DNA from: Deltaproteobacteria bacterium
GTDB lineage: Bacteria; Desulfobacterota; Binatia; UBA12015
NCBI GenBank assembly: GCA_046583355.1
Contig: JAYGCM010000087.1
Span: 50,626-114,625, forward strand
Length of the DNA stretch: 64,000 nt
Direction of reading: 5' to 3'
Numbering within the stretch: the first letter of the stretch is position 1; every line of letters starts with the position of its first letter. Below the pieces are notes generated by a model. That model was given only the letters and a program-made list of their open reading frames with translations. It did not search any database and was not told where the DNA came from. Shown here in pieces: positions 28,831 through 38,419 of the stretch. A program made the position numbers and the translations under genes.

Positions 28831-29458
28831 GGAAAAGAACGACGAAACGCTCCCCGTGACCTCGGTTGCCGGCCATCCCGTGCCGATTCGCGGCAACGAT
28901 ATCGATACCGACCGGATCATTCCGGCGCGCTTCATGACGGCTGTGACCTTTGATGGGATGGGCGAGCTGGCCTTCTATGACGTGCGATTCGATGCCGAGG
29001 GCAAAGAACTCGACCATCCGATGAACGACCCGAAGCACCGCGCCAAGGGTGCGCAGGTGGCCGTTGTCAATAAGAATTTCGGCTGTGGGTCTTCGCGTGA
29101 GCACGCGCCGCAGGCGATGCACCGCTGGGGTGTGCACGCCATGGTGGGGGAATCCTTCGCCGATATTTTCTTCGGCAATTGCGTCGCCCTGGGGATTCCC
29201 TGCATGACGCTGGCCTCGGCGGATCTCGAAGATCTGATGCAGGCGGTCGAAAAAAACCCGGCCGAAGCGGTGGAGTTGGACGTGGCTGCCGGGCAGGTCC
29301 GTCACGGCGCGAAGAGCTACGCGGCGACGCTTCCGGCCTCGGCCCGCCAGCAATTTCTCAGTGGCACCTGGGACGCGACGCGCACACTCCTCGAGGGCAT
29401 GGCACAGGTCCACGAGACGGCGGCTCGGCTGCCCTATATCGGCGGTTTTGCGACCTGA
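28823..29458 (+). CDS. leuD: 3-isopropylmalate dehydratase small subunit
   Basis: SD AAGGAG, ATG 28823; [34 protein letters not shown]. Confidence 0.96.
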   Translation: MSEEKNDETLPVTSVAGHPVPIRGNDIDTDRIIPARFMTAVTFDGMGELAFYDVRFDAEGKELDHPMNDPKHRAKGAQVAVVNKNFGCGSSREHAPQAMHRWGVHAMVGESFADIFFGNCVALGIPCMTLASADLEDLMQAVEKNPAEAVELDVAAGQVRHGAKSYAATLPASARQQFLSGTWDATRTLLEGMAQVHETAARLPYIGGFAT

Positions 29459-29474
29459 CGCTATCGTGTAGAGC

Positions 29475-30632
29475 GTGGGCATGCGCTCTTTACGTGACTC
29501 GTCTCTGCTCACTCTGGTTCTCGCCTGTGGCCTGCTTGCGGGCTGTGCGGCGAAGCAGCGTCTGGAAGGCCCGAATTACCCCGCCTCCGGGCCGGCCTTC
29601 GTGCGCCCCTCGCTGGCCAATGACCCCGCGGCCCTACAGCCGGCGGACCTGCGCCATCGCATCATTCTGATCGGCGATACGGGCGATCCCGGCGAGGTCG
29701 AGCCCTCCCATGGCGCACTCGGCGTCTGGGGCAACGCGGCCTCTTCGCGCACGACCGTCCTCTTCCTCGGTGACAACCTCTATATGAGCGGGTTGACCGA
29801 CGATGATCGTGAACGGGGCGAAGGAATCCTGCGCCAACAACTCGCGGCCACGCGGGCGCAGAAGATCTTCGTGCCGGGCAACCACGATTGGGGCGGCTTT
29901 GACCCGACTCGCGCGCATATCTTGTACAATCAGGAGGAGTTCATCGAAGCCGAGGGCGCCGGGCACGCGCGTTTCCGGCCTCAAGGAGGCTGCCCGGGGC
30001 CGTCCGTGGTGGAATTGGCGCCCGCCGGCGCCGATGGGCGCGGCGCTATCGTGGCGATCCTGATCGATACGCAATGGTGGTGGGTGCCGGCCGATAAGCG
30101 AGTCGATTGTCCGGGCCGCAACTCGGCCGCCGAGGTGGTGGCCGCCCTCGATGCGGAACTCACCCGGCATGCTGACGACCTGGTGATCGTAGCGGCGCAC
30201 CATCCGTTTACCTCGGCGAGCGCGCATGGCGGCATGCCGCGTGGCTTTGTCGGCACTCTTTTTGAGAACGCCGTGTTGGGACTGGGTTTCTACCTGCAAG
30301 ATCTGGGCGAGCCGCAATATATCGAGATGATCGGCCAGCTCTCGGGGCCGCTCAAGAAGAACCCGCCGCTGGTCTATGCCGCGGGCCACGACCATGCTTT
30401 GCAGATCCTCGATGGTGGCGAGATCGCCGCCATCCAGGTGGTCAGCGGCGCTGGCTCCGAGGATAAGGTGAGTCCGGTGACGAATATCGACGAGACGATC
30501 TTTGCCCATGCCCATACGGGATTCGTTGTCATTGATGTGCTGGGCTCGGCCGCGGCGCCGGAGGTGGTGCTGCGGGTGATCGAGCCGGGGCAGCGCAACC
30601 CCGTTTTCGACCTGGAAATTCCGCACTCCTGA
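29475..30632 (+). CDS. Calcineurin-like metallophosphoesterase lipoprotein
   Basis: Lipobox LAGC; IGDTG, LGDNLY, PGNHDW, HHP, AGHDH. Confidence 0.88.
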   Translation: MGMRSLRDSSLLTLVLACGLLAGCAAKQRLEGPNYPASGPAFVRPSLANDPAALQPADLRHRIILIGDTGDPGEVEPSHGALGVWGNAASSRTTVLFLGDNLYMSGLTDDDRERGEGILRQQLAATRAQKIFVPGNHDWGGFDPTRAHILYNQEEFIEAEGAGHARFRPQGGCPGPSVVELAPAGADGRGAIVAILIDTQWWWVPADKRVDCPGRNSAAEVVAALDAELTRHADDLVIVAAHHPFTSASAHGGMPRGFVGTLFENAVLGLGFYLQDLGEPQYIEMIGQLSGPLKKNPPLVYAAGHDHALQILDGGEIAAIQVVSGAGSEDKVSPVTNIDETIFAHAHTGFVVIDVLGSAAAPEVVLRVIEPGQRNPVFDLEIPHS

Positions 30633-30720
30633 TCCCTTCTCTGGGTGTGGCGGTCCGCGTGATACCACTCCCTCCTCGCGAGCCGCCGGGCTCTGCTTGG
30701 AGAGGCAGCGGTGCCCCCAC

Positions 30721-30793
30721 CCTGACCGACCGGTCTGGCAAGTTGACTCCTTTCCGGACTAGTCCTATGAAAGTTCCTGACCGATCGGTTTGG
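30721..30793 (+). promoter_or_regulatory. Sigma-70 promoter of the shc operon flanked by two near-identical palindromic operators
   Basis: TTGACT (30743)-N17-TATGAA (30766); CCTGACCGACCGGTCTGG (30721-38) and CCTGACCGATCGGTTTGG (30776-93). Confidence 0.7.
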
Positions 30794-30827
30794 TGTTTGG
30801 GAACCGGCGGATTTCACGGAGGAGAGA

Positions 30828-32771
30828 ATGTCGGTTGGGCTGGCACCAGAGATGAAATCGGGCGTTTCGCCCGGGCTGCTTGCACGCGCCCGCGAGGCGG
30901 TTGCGCGTTCGCGCGAGTACTTCTTGCAGCGCCAGGCCGAAGAGGGCCATTGGCATTTCTCCATGGAAGCGAATGCGACCATGGACGCCCAATATATCTT
31001 CTTCAACCGGATTTTGGGCCGCGCGATGCCGCAGGTCGAAGCTCGTCTCGGCGAGCACCTTCTGGCGACCCAGGGCGAAGATGGCGGCTGGCCTCTTTTT
31101 TACGGCGGCGCCGGACACCTCTCGGGCAGCATTGAGGCGTATTTCGCGCTCAAGCTGATCGGCCATGATGCAGAGGAGGAGCCGATGCGCCGCGCGCGCG
31201 CGTTCATCCTCGCCGGTGGTGGAGCAGCCCAAGCGCAGGTCTTCACCCGGTTCTTTCTCGCCTACTTCGGCCAATTCCCCTGGGAAGGCGTGCCCGCTTT
31301 GCCGCCGGAGGTCATGCTTCTGCCCGAGCGCTTCCGCTTCTCGATCTACAATATGTCGAGTTGGGCGCGCTCGACTGTCGTCCCTTTGCTGATCCTGGGG
31401 CAACACCGCCCGGCTGTTTCGATTCCGGCCAGCACGGGGATCGCCGAGCTTTGGGTGCGCGCTCCGCAGGCAGCGGATTACGCCTTCCCGGAAGCCGAGT
31501 CCATTTTCTCGTGGAAAAATTTCTTCGTTCAGGCCGACAAGGTCTTCCGTCTGCTTGACCGTCTGCCGGTCTCCTGGCGGGCAAGCGGGATGGAGCGGGC
31601 GCTGCATTGGGTGCTGGAGCGCCAGGATAAAAACGGTGGTTGGGCGGGCATCCAGCCGGCGATGATCAATTCCGTTCTGGCCTTGCGCGCGATGGGTTGC
31701 GCCGCCGAACACCCGGCAGTCGTCGCCGGCATTCAGGCAATCGATGATTTCCTCGTCGAGCGCGATGGTCATCTGCTCTTCCAGCCCTGCGTCTCACCGA
31801 CCTGGGATACGGCTCTGGTCGTACGTGGCCTGCTGGATGCGGGCGAGAGTCCGGATTCCGAGGTCGTGCGCTGCGCTGTGCGTTGGCTCGAAGACGCACA
31901 GATCCGCCGCAAGGGAGATTGGGCCATCAAGCGTCCCGACCTGCCGGCCGCCGGCTGGGCCTTTGAATACGCCAATGATTTCTATCCCGATGTCGATGAC
32001 TCGGCCGTGATCCTGATGTCCCTCGACGCCGCCGGGCGCCGCGATACCGAGACCTTTCGGCTCGGCTTCGATTGGACCATCGGCATGCAGAGCAAAGACG
32101 GCGGCTACGGCGCCTTCGATGTCGACAACGACAATCATGTATTCAACGAGTTGCCCTTTGCCGATATGAAGGCGCAGATCGACCCGCCTACCGAGGACCT
32201 GGCCGGTCGTCTCCTGGAGCTGATGGGGCAGGTGGGCAAGGGCGCCGACGAGCCACGGGTGCGGGCCGCGCGCGCCTTCCTGCGCCGCACCCAGAAGCCC
32301 GACGGTTCCTGGTGGGGGCGCTGGGGAGTCAATTATATTTACGGTACCTGGTCGGTGCTTCTCGGACTGCGCGCGATCGGTGCGCCGGCCGATCAAGATA
32401 TGATGGCACGCGCGACGGCATGGTTGCGCTCAGTGCAGAACGAAGACGGCGGCTTTGGCGAGACTTGCGCCAGCTACGCCGATGCCGGCCTGAGCGCGCA
32501 AGGTACGAGCACGGCCTCGCAGACCGCGTGGGCCTTGATGGGTCTGGTCAGTGGTGATGGCCGCACCAGCCGCGAACTCGAAGATGCGGCCGATTACCTG
32601 TGCCGGATGCAGGAAGCCGATGGAAGTTGGGCGGAGGCGGAGTTCACGGGAACCGGTTTCCCGAACCATTTCTATCTTCGCTACGACGGCTATCGCTGCA
32701 TTTTTCCGTTGATGGCATTGGCGCGCTTCGTTTCATTGGCTGAAGGTGGCGGAGGCAGGGAAGAGGGATGA
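30828..32771 (+). CDS. shc: Squalene-hopene cyclase
   Basis: SD GGAGGAG; QW repeats (QGEDGGW, QKPDGSW), YPDVDDSA catalytic DXDD, GRWGVNYIYGT, FTGTGFP. Confidence 0.97.
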   Translation: MSVGLAPEMKSGVSPGLLARAREAVARSREYFLQRQAEEGHWHFSMEANATMDAQYIFFNRILGRAMPQVEARLGEHLLATQGEDGGWPLFYGGAGHLSGSIEAYFALKLIGHDAEEEPMRRARAFILAGGGAAQAQVFTRFFLAYFGQFPWEGVPALPPEVMLLPERFRFSIYNMSSWARSTVVPLLILGQHRPAVSIPASTGIAELWVRAPQAADYAFPEAESIFSWKNFFVQADKVFRLLDRLPVSWRASGMERALHWVLERQDKNGGWAGIQPAMINSVLALRAMGCAAEHPAVVAGIQAIDDFLVERDGHLLFQPCVSPTWDTALVVRGLLDAGESPDSEVVRCAVRWLEDAQIRRKGDWAIKRPDLPAAGWAFEYANDFYPDVDDSAVILMSLDAAGRRDTETFRLGFDWTIGMQSKDGGYGAFDVDNDNHVFNELPFADMKAQIDPPTEDLAGRLLELMGQVGKGADEPRVRAARAFLRRTQKPDGSWWGRWGVNYIYGTWSVLLGLRAIGAPADQDMMARATAWLRSVQNEDGGFGETCASYADAGLSAQGTSTASQTAWALMGLVSGDGRTSRELEDAADYLCRMQEADGSWAEAEFTGTGFPNHFYLRYDGYRCIFPLMALARFVSLAEGGGGREEG

Positions 32772-34063
32772 GTATGACGAAGAAGGTCGGGATCGATCGA
32801 ATTGGTGTTTATGTGCCGGGCGAGGTGCTGGCGGCGGAGAAGCTGGCCGAGGCGCGCGATACGCCGGTGGCGAAGCTGAAGGCTGGACTCGGCATGCACG
32901 AGATGGCGGTTGTGCCGCCTTGGGAAGATACCGTCTCGCTGGCCGCCAACGCGGGCCTGCGCGCCCTGGGCAGCGACGTTTCCCCCGACGAAATCGGCCT
33001 TTGTATCGTCGGTACGGAATCGGGAATCGATCATTCCAAGGCCTCAGCGATCTTCGTTCACGAGTTGCTCGGCCTGCCGAGTACCTGCCGTACCTATGAA
33101 GTGAAACACGCCTGCTATGGCGGCACGGCCGCTCTCCAAACCGCATGTGATTGGATCGCCTCGGGTTCGGCACGGGGACGCAAGGCGTTGGTGATTGCGA
33201 CCGATATCGCGAAATACCCGCCGCATTCCGCCGGCGAACCGACGCAGGGCGCGGGCGCGGTGGCGATGGTGGTCGCGGCCGATCCGACTATTGTCGAGTT
33301 GGATCGCCGCAGCATCGGCGTATTCGCAGGCCAGGTGCATGATTTCTGGCGGCCGCTCGATATGGCTCAGGCGCTGGTCGACGGAAAATATTCGCTCGAT
33401 TGTTATCTCGATGCGCTCGCCGGAGCCTTCGCGGACTACCGTGGGCAGATCGAGGCCGCCGGCGAGTTGCCGCAGGGCGAGCATGTCGTTCTCGATGGCT
33501 TCGCCCGCTTTCTCTACCACACGCCTTTTCCCAAGATGGCGTGGAAGGCACATGCGATGCTGGCGCCGAAAGATTGGCAATCGAATGCCGCGCGCGCAGA
33601 GCGGCTGGGCGAAGACCTCTCGGCCGCCGTCAAGGCCGATTATGACGAGCGCGTCGATGGCACGCTCTGGGCCTCGCGACGGATCGGCAATACCTACACG
33701 GCGTCCATGTATTTCGGGCTGGCCGCGACTTTGGAGCGGGAGGCGGCGGCGCTTGTCGGTAAGGATCTGGCCTTCTTCTCCTACGGCAGCGGCTGTTGTT
33801 CGGAATTTTTCACCGGGCGCGTGCTGCCGGGTGCGGTAAGCGAGGCCGAGGGTTTCGGTCTTGAAGCGATGCTGGATGCACGCCGCCAGGTCGAGATCGA
33901 GGAATACGAGCGCCACCATGCCGAGGCCGGCCTACGCGGCGCCGAGTCGCCTGAGGTGCCGCCGGCTGATTTTGTCGGTCCCTTCTTCTACGCCGGGACG
34001 GTTGACGATAAGCGCATATACCAGCGCGCCGCCGCAGGGGCGCTGGTGGCAAAGGCCGGCTGA
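32768..34063 (+). CDS. mvaS: Hydroxymethylglutaryl-CoA synthase (bacterial MvaS type)
   Basis: VGTESGIDHSK, EVKHACYGGTAAL (catalytic Cys), GEPTQGAGA, DFWRP, YHTPFPKM, GNTYTAS, FSYGSG; ATGA overlap with shc. Confidence 0.92.
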   Translation: MSMTKKVGIDRIGVYVPGEVLAAEKLAEARDTPVAKLKAGLGMHEMAVVPPWEDTVSLAANAGLRALGSDVSPDEIGLCIVGTESGIDHSKASAIFVHELLGLPSTCRTYEVKHACYGGTAALQTACDWIASGSARGRKALVIATDIAKYPPHSAGEPTQGAGAVAMVVAADPTIVELDRRSIGVFAGQVHDFWRPLDMAQALVDGKYSLDCYLDALAGAFADYRGQIEAAGELPQGEHVVLDGFARFLYHTPFPKMAWKAHAMLAPKDWQSNAARAERLGEDLSAAVKADYDERVDGTLWASRRIGNTYTASMYFGLAATLEREAAALVGKDLAFFSYGSGCCSEFFTGRVLPGAVSEAEGFGLEAMLDARRQVEIEEYERHHAEAGLRGAESPEVPPADFVGPFFYAGTVDDKRIYQRAAAGALVAKAG

Positions 34064-34067
34064 GATC

Positions 34068-34961
34068 ATGGACGAGCTTCGCGCGGCCTATGCAGAATGT
34101 GAGAAGATCGCCTCTTCGCATTACGAGAATTTCCGCATCGGCTCCCGGCTTCTGCCGGCGGCTGAGAGGCGGCATCTCGCTGCACTCTACGCGTTCGCGC
34201 GCGGCGCGGACGATATCGCCGACGAGCCGGATACCCCCACCGACCGCATCGGCGCGCTCGACCGCTGGGAAGATGATCTCGACCGCGCCCTGGCCGGCGA
34301 GAGTGTGGCGCCGGTTTTTGTGGCGACGGCACATACGATTGAGGAATGCGGCCTTGAGGTGGCCGAGCTGCGCAAGCTTATGCGGGCCTTTCGCTACGAT
34401 GCGGATTTTCAAACCTACCGCGATTTTGCGGCGCTGCGGGCTTATTGCCGCGACTCCGCATGTCCCGTTGGCCGCCTCGTGCTCGGCCTTTTTGGCGTGC
34501 GCAACGTCGAGGCCGATGCGCTCTCGGACGAAGTCTGCACCGGCCTGCAATTGGTGAATTTCTGGCAGGATCTCTCGGTCGACCTGCTGCGCGGCCGCAG
34601 CACGCTGCCGGTGGCCGACCTCGACGCCCACCCGGGAGCGCGGGTCGCCATCGAGCGCGGCGAGGTGAACCCGGCCTTCCGCTCCCTGATGGAGTTGGAG
34701 ATCGAACGCGCACGCCGCTCCCTGCAATGCGGCACCGAGTTGGCGGCACTTCTGCCGCGGCGCGCCGCTTTTGAGATCCGCTGCTTTGCGGGCGGCGGAC
34801 TCGCCATCCTGGCCAAGGTCGAGGCCGGAATTGACGACCTCCTGCGGGTGCGCCCCAGGCTGGGCGCGCTCGCACGGGTTCAGATCTTCGCCTCGGCTCT
34901 GCGGCCAAAGGCGCCTGCTCGCGGCACTGAGGCGGCGCTCGCGGAGGTGATACGATGTTGA
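34068..34961 (+). CDS. hpnC: Hydroxysqualene synthase HpnC
   Basis: HYENF, LYAFARGADDIADE, SACPVGRLVL, CTGLQLVNFWQD. Confidence 0.92.
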   Translation: MDELRAAYAECEKIASSHYENFRIGSRLLPAAERRHLAALYAFARGADDIADEPDTPTDRIGALDRWEDDLDRALAGESVAPVFVATAHTIEECGLEVAELRKLMRAFRYDADFQTYRDFAALRAYCRDSACPVGRLVLGLFGVRNVEADALSDEVCTGLQLVNFWQDLSVDLLRGRSTLPVADLDAHPGARVAIERGEVNPAFRSLMELEIERARRSLQCGTELAALLPRRAAFEIRCFAGGGLAILAKVEAGIDDLLRVRPRLGALARVQIFASALRPKAPARGTEAALAEVIRC

Positions 34962-35851
34962 ACTCTTCAGAAGCCCAATTCTCTCTGGGCGGGGCGGCCG
35001 CGCTCGAATCGGATCTCGGCGTCTGCCGTGAGGTCTTGCGGCAGAGCCAATCCAGCTTTCGCTTCGCCTTCCTGCTCTTGCCCCGTGCGGAGCGTGACGC
35101 GCTCTCGGCGGTCTACGCCTTTTGCCGCGCCGCCGATGATATCGCCGACGATGCGGGTGCTACCAGCCCGCAAGATAGGCTCGATGCATGGCGCCGCGAG
35201 ATCGACCGGGTCTTCGCCGGGCGCCCCGCGCACGCGATTGGCCGCGCGCTTGCCTGGGCGATCGATTCGTTTGCTTTGCTGCGCCACCCCTTCGACGACC
35301 TCATCGACGGTGTGGTCACGGATCTGAGCGTGAGTCGCTACGAGACTACGGAGGACCTGGAGAAATATTGCTACCAGGTTGCCTCGACGGTCGGTCTGCT
35401 CTGTGTGCGAATCTTCGGCGCACCGGCGGGTGTGGCAGATGCGTATGCCACCGAATTGGGCAAGGCCTTTCAGTTGACGAATATCCTTCGCGATATCGGC
35501 GAGGATGCCGGCCGCGGACGGATCTACCTGCCGCAGGAGAATCTCCGCCTTGTGGGTTGCTCCGAGGAGTCGATTCTCGAGGGGCGCGAGACGCCGGCGC
35601 TGGGTCGTCTGGTGGAGTTGGAGGTCGCGCGCGCGCGGTGGCTTTATGCACGCGCCGCGGAGTTGCAGCCGGAGGATCCGGAGATCCGGCGTCGGCTCAA
35701 ATCTGCCGAGGCGATGCGCGCGGTGTATTCGGCATTGCTGGACCGAGTGGAATTGGCCGGTGCGGCCGTGATTCACCAACCGGTCCGCGTATCGAAGCCG
35801 GGCCGGGCCTGGCGTGCTGCCTGGACGTGGCTCAACCCGGCGGGTTCGTGA
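34955..35851 (+). CDS. hpnD: Presqualene diphosphate synthase HpnD
   Basis: SSFRFAF, YAFCRAADDIADD, YCYQVASTVG, FQLTNILRDIGEDA..GRIYLP. Confidence 0.9.
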   Translation: MLNSSEAQFSLGGAAALESDLGVCREVLRQSQSSFRFAFLLLPRAERDALSAVYAFCRAADDIADDAGATSPQDRLDAWRREIDRVFAGRPAHAIGRALAWAIDSFALLRHPFDDLIDGVVTDLSVSRYETTEDLEKYCYQVASTVGLLCVRIFGAPAGVADAYATELGKAFQLTNILRDIGEDAGRGRIYLPQENLRLVGCSEESILEGRETPALGRLVELEVARARWLYARAAELQPEDPEIRRRLKSAEAMRAVYSALLDRVELAGAAVIHQPVRVSKPGRAWRAAWTWLNPAGS

Positions 35852-37230
35852 ACCCTGACGCGGCGGCAATCGTGGTCGGCGGCGGGGTTGCCGGTATTGC
35901 GGCCGCACTTCATTTGGCGGACGCGGGTCTGCGTGTCGCATTGGTCGAGCGACGGCCTTTTCTTGGTGGTCGCGCCTTCTCGTTTTCGGATAAAAACTCC
36001 GGCATGTCCTTTGATAACGGCCAGCATGCCCTGCTCGGCTGCTACCATGAGATGATCGCTTTTCTCACCCGGATCGGTGCGGCCGATAGGCTTTATCGCC
36101 AACGCGGGATTGAGGTCGAATTGCGCGAAGCCGGCGGCCGGGCCTTTCTCGCGGCGGGTCGCGCTCCGGCGCCCTTCCATCTCGGTCGTGCCTTGCTCTC
36201 CTTCACCTTGCTTACGCCGCGCGAGCGCCTGCGTGCGGCGCGGGGAGCGCTCTCGTTGGTGCGTCGCGCGCATGGCGCCCCAGTCGCGTTGGCAGGCGAG
36301 ACGGTTGAAGAGGCGCTTGTCGTAGCGGGGCAGAGTGCCCGAATCCGCGAGGTGCTTTGGTACCCGCTTGCGCTCGCCGCACTCAATGATGACCCACGCA
36401 TTGCGTCGGCCACGCTTTTTGCTGCCGTGATCGAACGAGCCTTCTTCGGTCGCGCCGCCGACGCCGCGATCGTCCTGCCGGCGGTGCCACTCTCGGAACT
36501 CATCGCCGAGCCCGCTCGAATAGCGCTGGCACGCGCTGGCGTCGAATTGGTGACGGGCGGCAATGCCACCGCCATTACGCTCGCAGCGGATGGTTCTGTC
36601 TCTGGTCTGCGCTGCAAGGACGGTAGTGAGCGCGGCGCCGCCGCCATCGTCCTGACGCTCACGCCGTCGCAACTGGCCGGCTTGCAGATCGGTGCCCTCG
36701 CGGCGCCCGACGCACTCGGCGGTCTGCCCGACGCCTTATTCGAGACCGCACCGATCGTCTCGGTGCATGTGCCGCTGCCGGCACCGGCCGCCTTGCCTGC
36801 TGTCACCGGCTTGCTCGGCACGACCACACAATGGGTCTTCAATGCCGATTGCATCCGGCGTGATCGTACGGGCCCCGGCGGGCTCCTCTCGTGTGTGATC
36901 AGTGGCGCGCGTGGGCTTGCGGGCGTAGCTGACCGCGAGGTGGCGCGTCTGGTCGAGCAGGAATTGCATGATTTACTTCCCGAAGTGGAGGGAATTTCGG
37001 CCGGGGATATGCATATTGTCCGCGAGCTTCATGCGACCATGGCGCCGACCATCGCCGCCCACGCCGCGCGTCCGCCGGTCGAGACGCGGGTCGCGGGGCT
37101 TTTCCTCGCCGGCGATTGGGTGCAGACGGGCCTGCCCGCCACCTTGGAGAGTGCGGCGCTCAGCGGCCGGCTCGCCGCCGAAGCTTGCTGCCGGCAAGGG
37201 CGCGTGCACGCGGCGACCAGGGCAGCATGA
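35848..37230 (+). CDS. hpnE: Hydroxysqualene dehydroxylase HpnE
   Basis: GTG 35848 overlapping the hpnD stop; VGGGVAG, LGGRAFSF, DNGQHALLGCY, LAGDW..TGLPATLESA. Confidence 0.92.
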   Translation: MNPDAAAIVVGGGVAGIAAALHLADAGLRVALVERRPFLGGRAFSFSDKNSGMSFDNGQHALLGCYHEMIAFLTRIGAADRLYRQRGIEVELREAGGRAFLAAGRAPAPFHLGRALLSFTLLTPRERLRAARGALSLVRRAHGAPVALAGETVEEALVVAGQSARIREVLWYPLALAALNDDPRIASATLFAAVIERAFFGRAADAAIVLPAVPLSELIAEPARIALARAGVELVTGGNATAITLAADGSVSGLRCKDGSERGAAAIVLTLTPSQLAGLQIGALAAPDALGGLPDALFETAPIVSVHVPLPAPAALPAVTGLLGTTTQWVFNADCIRRDRTGPGGLLSCVISGARGLAGVADREVARLVEQELHDLLPEVEGISAGDMHIVRELHATMAPTIAAHAARPPVETRVAGLFLAGDWVQTGLPATLESAALSGRLAAEACCRQGRVHAATRAA

Positions 37231-38408
37231 GTTTGCCTCTGGCGGTCGCCGGGCTCTCGCTTGCGGCCTGGGTTTATCTGACTTTTTTTCATGGTCGGTT
37301 CTGGGTGGGCGATCAGCGGCTTGCGGGCAGCGATATCGCGCCAGCCGTCTGGCCGCATCTGCTCGCGGTCGTGCCGGCGCGCGACGAAGCCGAGGTGATC
37401 GAGCGCTCGTTGCTTTCGCTTTTGCAGCAGGATTATCCCGGGCGCCTGACGATCGTGCTGGCCGACGATGAGAGCAGCGACGATACGAGCGCGCGCGCCA
37501 CGGCGCTGGCGCGGCGATTGGGCTGCGAGGAGCGCTTGCGCGTGGTTGCCACACCGCCGCGCCCGGCAGGCTGGGTCGGCAAGATGTGGGCTTTGCAGAC
37601 CGGTGTGGTCGAGGCCGCGGCAATTGATGGCGACGCCCCGTGGCTGCTCTTCACCGATGCCGATATCGAACATTCACCCGGCAATCTGCGCCGCCTGGTG
37701 GCGCGCGCCGAGGCCGGTGGTTTGATGCTCCTCTCGCTGATGGTGCGGCTCGAAGCCGACCGGGGCCTGGGGCGATTGCTGGTTCCGGCATTCGTCTATT
37801 TCTTCCAGAAGCTCTACCCCTTTGCGTTGGTCAATGACCCGGGCTCCAAGGTCGCGGCTGCCGCTGGCGGCTGTCTCTTGCTGCGCCGCGAGGCGCTCGC
37901 GCGTGCCGGTGGTGTCGCGCGGCTACGCGGCGAGGTCATCGACGATTGTGCCTTTGGTCGGATCATGAAGGAGCAGGGCCCGATCTGGCTCGGGCTGACC
38001 GCAAGCGAGCGCAGTATCCGTTCCTATATGGGGCTGGCCGATGTCTGGAAGATGGTCGCGCGCAGCGCCTTTACCCAACTGCAATATTCCTGGCTACTGC
38101 TTGCCGGCACGATGCTCGGCCTTGGGTTGCTCTATCTCGTGCCGCCTATGGCTACGGTCGCGGGCCTGGTCGAGTCCTCGCCCGCGCTTTTCTTTGCCGG
38201 GCTGGCGAGTTGGTTGTTGATGGCCGCGACCTTCGTTCCAACACTCACGCTATACGGCGGCAGCCCGCTCCTGGCGCTCGCCCTGCCGCTGGCCGGAACT
38301 CTTTATGCTGCGATGACCTTGGACTCGGCGCGCCGCCACTATCAGGGCCGCGGCGCCTATTGGAAGGGGCGCTCGGCCGCGCCGTCTGTTGACGGCACGG
38401 GCTTGTAG
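37227..38408 (+). CDS. hpnB: Hopene-associated glycosyltransferase HpnB (GT2)
   Basis: VVPARDE, DDESSD, GWVGKMWAL, FTDADI, FVYFFQKLYPF, VIDDC, C-terminal WKGR. Confidence 0.9.
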   Translation: MSLPLAVAGLSLAAWVYLTFFHGRFWVGDQRLAGSDIAPAVWPHLLAVVPARDEAEVIERSLLSLLQQDYPGRLTIVLADDESSDDTSARATALARRLGCEERLRVVATPPRPAGWVGKMWALQTGVVEAAAIDGDAPWLLFTDADIEHSPGNLRRLVARAEAGGLMLLSLMVRLEADRGLGRLLVPAFVYFFQKLYPFALVNDPGSKVAAAAGGCLLLRREALARAGGVARLRGEVIDDCAFGRIMKEQGPIWLGLTASERSIRSYMGLADVWKMVARSAFTQLQYSWLLLAGTMLGLGLLYLVPPMATVAGLVESSPALFFAGLASWLLMAATFVPTLTLYGGSPLLALALPLAGTLYAAMTLDSARRHYQGRGAYWKGRSAAPSVDGTGL

Positions 38409-38419
38409 AGGCCGGACCT

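Noticed and set aside
27409..34063. Functional link between leuCD and HMG-CoA synthase (leucine/isovaleryl-CoA shunt)
   Set aside because: They are separated by another gene and a distinct promoter, and no liu/aib genes are present; proximity alone is insufficient
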